Shown: positions 61,435 to 64,000 of the stretch, one piece after another
Layout: every line of letters begins with the position of its first letter
How positions within the stretch are numbered: position 1 is the first letter of the stretch
DNA from: Podarcis bocagei
Taxonomy: Eukaryota
Reading direction: 5' to 3' (one strand)
Assembly (NCBI GenBank): GCA_964188305.1
Contig: OZ076895.1
DNA length: 64,000 nt
The notes under the pieces: model-generated
Database searches by the model: none
Seen by the model: only the letters and a program-made list of their open reading frames with translations
Told to the model about the DNA's origin: nothing
Made by a program: the position numbers and the translations under genes

Positions 61435-64000
61435 CATAACGTGGTGCATATCCCCCCTCCATCTAGGGCATGGGCAGAAACAAGCTTGTGATGTGTCCAT
61501 GTGGAAGACTGTCTTGAGTGAAGATGCAGAGAAATCAGACTCCATGTCCCTCCAACGGTACTATCTGAGGGGAGGAAAGGCAGATAGAAGGTCTGTGCCA
61601 TGGGAAGTATGTATATCAAGACTGATTTTGGACATGTAAAAAAAGTTGGAACTTCAGGAATGCAAACTGACTAAACTCTTGAATGCTCCCTTCTAATGCA
61701 GGACCTGAAGCAGGAACACTCAAGTACTGTACTCAGACAAAATGGCAGTGTTCACACAACCCTATTCTTCCATTCTGTCTCCATGTAAACTTACACCAGA
61801 TGTTAATTAGGAATAGATCTGTATGACACATTTTTCATCCCCAACACAGACTTGTTTCCTACTTAATATTGTTAAAGTTTTTTTAAAAAAGCAACAACAA
61901 ATAAATGAGAAACTAGTTGTGAAATTCTTTCACCATTTCTAAAACAAGATTTCCCTCTGCTCAATTAAGTCTCTTAATTTTATTGTGGGGGGAGTTAGGA
62001 GGCTGGATATGTGCATGAGCTTTATACTGCTTTTTAAATGTCAAGAGAGAGGTATATTGCTGTTCCCATAGCTCTGGGATACCATTTAAAATGTCTTTCT
62101 GGGTCTTGAGTTCGGTAGGATTCTGGCACTTTCATTTCCAGTGCAGAACAAGTATTTCCCAACCTTAGAGATCAGGTTTTCTAGCAAAATGACTGGTAAA
62201 ATGAAATAGAAACAAACCACTTCCCATCCATCTAGATTTTAGCTGGCAGAAATCAAAGTGAAACTCATTTCTTATTTTCTAAATTAGACAATTGCCAGTT
62301 TAATAACTGGCTATGATGTTTAGAGCCACATTTTGTTTCAACAATCCTTATGTGATTTGGCCTGTTCTGGTTTTTATCATAGCTCCACTTGGAGAACCGC
62401 CTCAGGCAGCAACTTTTGGGGTACTATTTAAGGACAACAAATTGTCAATTAGTTTATTGTTTTACTACCATTACCACCATGGGGTGGGGAATTTAGTTTT
62501 TCCGCCTCAGGCACTCAAATGTCTTGAGCCATCTCTGATATCACCCACATTTTAATGTGAAATTTCCATTACTTGCAGACAAACAACTGATTGAGAATCA
62601 GGTTGCATGAAGAAAAATCCTCCCTCTTATGTTTTCCAGGTTCACAAAATAGCCTTTTGAAAATAATTGCCCCCCATAGCCTTTTGCAAGATTCTTAGCA
62701 TAGAAGAAAAATGAGAACTACTGAATGCCAAGTACCTTTGAATAATTTTGTTCTATATAAACTGTTTAAGAAATTCCACTTTAGTTAAACTGTGGGTGGA
62801 AGCAGGTATAATTATCCATGCTATCTAGAGAGGAAATGGTTCTTGGAGCAAAGAGAATGCAACATCCCTCCAGCCAGATGAAAGCAACAAATATATTTAA
62901 TGTTTCATTGGAGCTGGAACTGTCCAACATAGTTAGAATATTCCACTGAACAGCTTTCTGTAACCTGCTGCCTTCCGTATATATTCCACAACAACTCCTA
63001 CCAGCTCAAGTCAGCGCTGGAAGGTTGCCATAGGGAGAAGGACTGCAGGAATTGGTTATGGTTTTAGTTAATTACTTAGGAGAAGGATCTTATTTACAGA
63101 AGATGATCCCCCCTTTATCTGAAAACTCGTATTTATCTGAAGTCAATGTGCAGCCACATAGAATTCTGTGATGCTATAATTACGGGCCTCTTCAGATTGT
63201 GTTTCTGCTACACATTTATTGTGTAACAGTTATTAATTTGTCAAGGATAATACAGACAAGTATCACTCCTTTGTTAGTATATCACATTTTCCCAGTACTC
63301 AATGTGGAATAATTTGCTACTGGAAAAATATTATTTTCTCTTTTTGCCAGCATGTCAAGTATAATAGGAAATGCAAAATGGAAGTTAGTTTCATGGGTAT
63401 CTGTTGAATAGTGACAGTGGCATTGCCAATGACTGAACACTAGACTTTGTGTCTGTACAGCTTTGTGAATGCAAATAAGAAGAAAACGGAATATTTAAAT
63501 TTCAGTCTGGGAAGAGAAAGCTGGATGGGTCAGGTAAGCAAAATTTGGAGATTGCATCTTTTTGGGTGGGCAGCTGGGTGTTCACTTAAAAAACAACACA
63601 CACACTTTTTTCATATCTTACAAACAAGATTTCATTATTTAAATCGAAGCTATCAGATTATACATTAAAAGCCCAGGGGTGGGGGTGGGGAGGGGAGGGG
63701 AACATGACTGGCTAGGGTGTAGTAGTGCCTCATTTGTATCAGGGCATCCATTCACTGGCTACAGCCTTGCAAATAACCATTGTGAGTTCAGCTCAGTAAA
63801 TGAATTAAAAATATTTTACCAACTCCTGTAAAGAGATAACATAAGTGTTCAAGCTGCTTTCTTGAAATACCTGTTGCTGCCTCATTGTCAGTTCACTGAA
63901 GAGGGCAAGTGCTTTCTCCAATGCATGGTGCCAGATAAATGACATGGCATTGTGCTTGTCACTAGGGCTCTTGGTTCCTAGAGCAAACAAGGCCTCTGGC

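Noticed and set aside
63872-63978. Minus-strand exon-like segment (...HALEKALALFSELTMRQQQ)
   Set aside because: Weak donor, unrecognised peptide, no partner exons; at the window edge.
1-64000. Remaining 60-180 aa ORFs in the track
   Set aside because: Many use non-ATG starts, overlap repeats, and show no recognisable homology; expected by chance in vertebrate non-coding DNA.

Overview
This window is eukaryotic, mostly non-coding DNA from a squamate reptile, most likely a lacertid lizard. The call rests on Sauria SINEs plus lacertid-type L1, L2 and CR1 LINE ends, hAT and Tc1/mariner-pogo MITEs and solo LTRs. It looks like a large intron or intergenic interval, with repeat-free blocks that resemble enhancers. 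I could not identify any protein-coding gene; most of the ORF track is chance or repeat-derived. Four observations stand out. (1) A 1.44-kb non-autonomous hAT element (7490-8926) has perfect TIRs and an 8-bp TSD. It appears to carry a captured host CpG-island promoter, with two divergent ZNF143/THAP11-type motifs and an ATG-to-splice-donor first exon (a Pack-TIR-like capture). (2) A complete 1.75-kb non-coding retroposon (55528-57280) has an L1-like CpG-rich 5' end, an L1-like 3' end, a poly(A) tail and a 20-bp TSD, and is probably L1-dependent. (3) An RFX/CCAAT promoter-like module at about 23.7-24.0 kb is followed by a possible signal-peptide exon. (4) A Penelope-derived minimal hammerhead ribozyme relic sits at about 19.0 kb. 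Several multi-layer nested insertions allow a relative TE chronology. Family names come from pattern recognition, not database searches.
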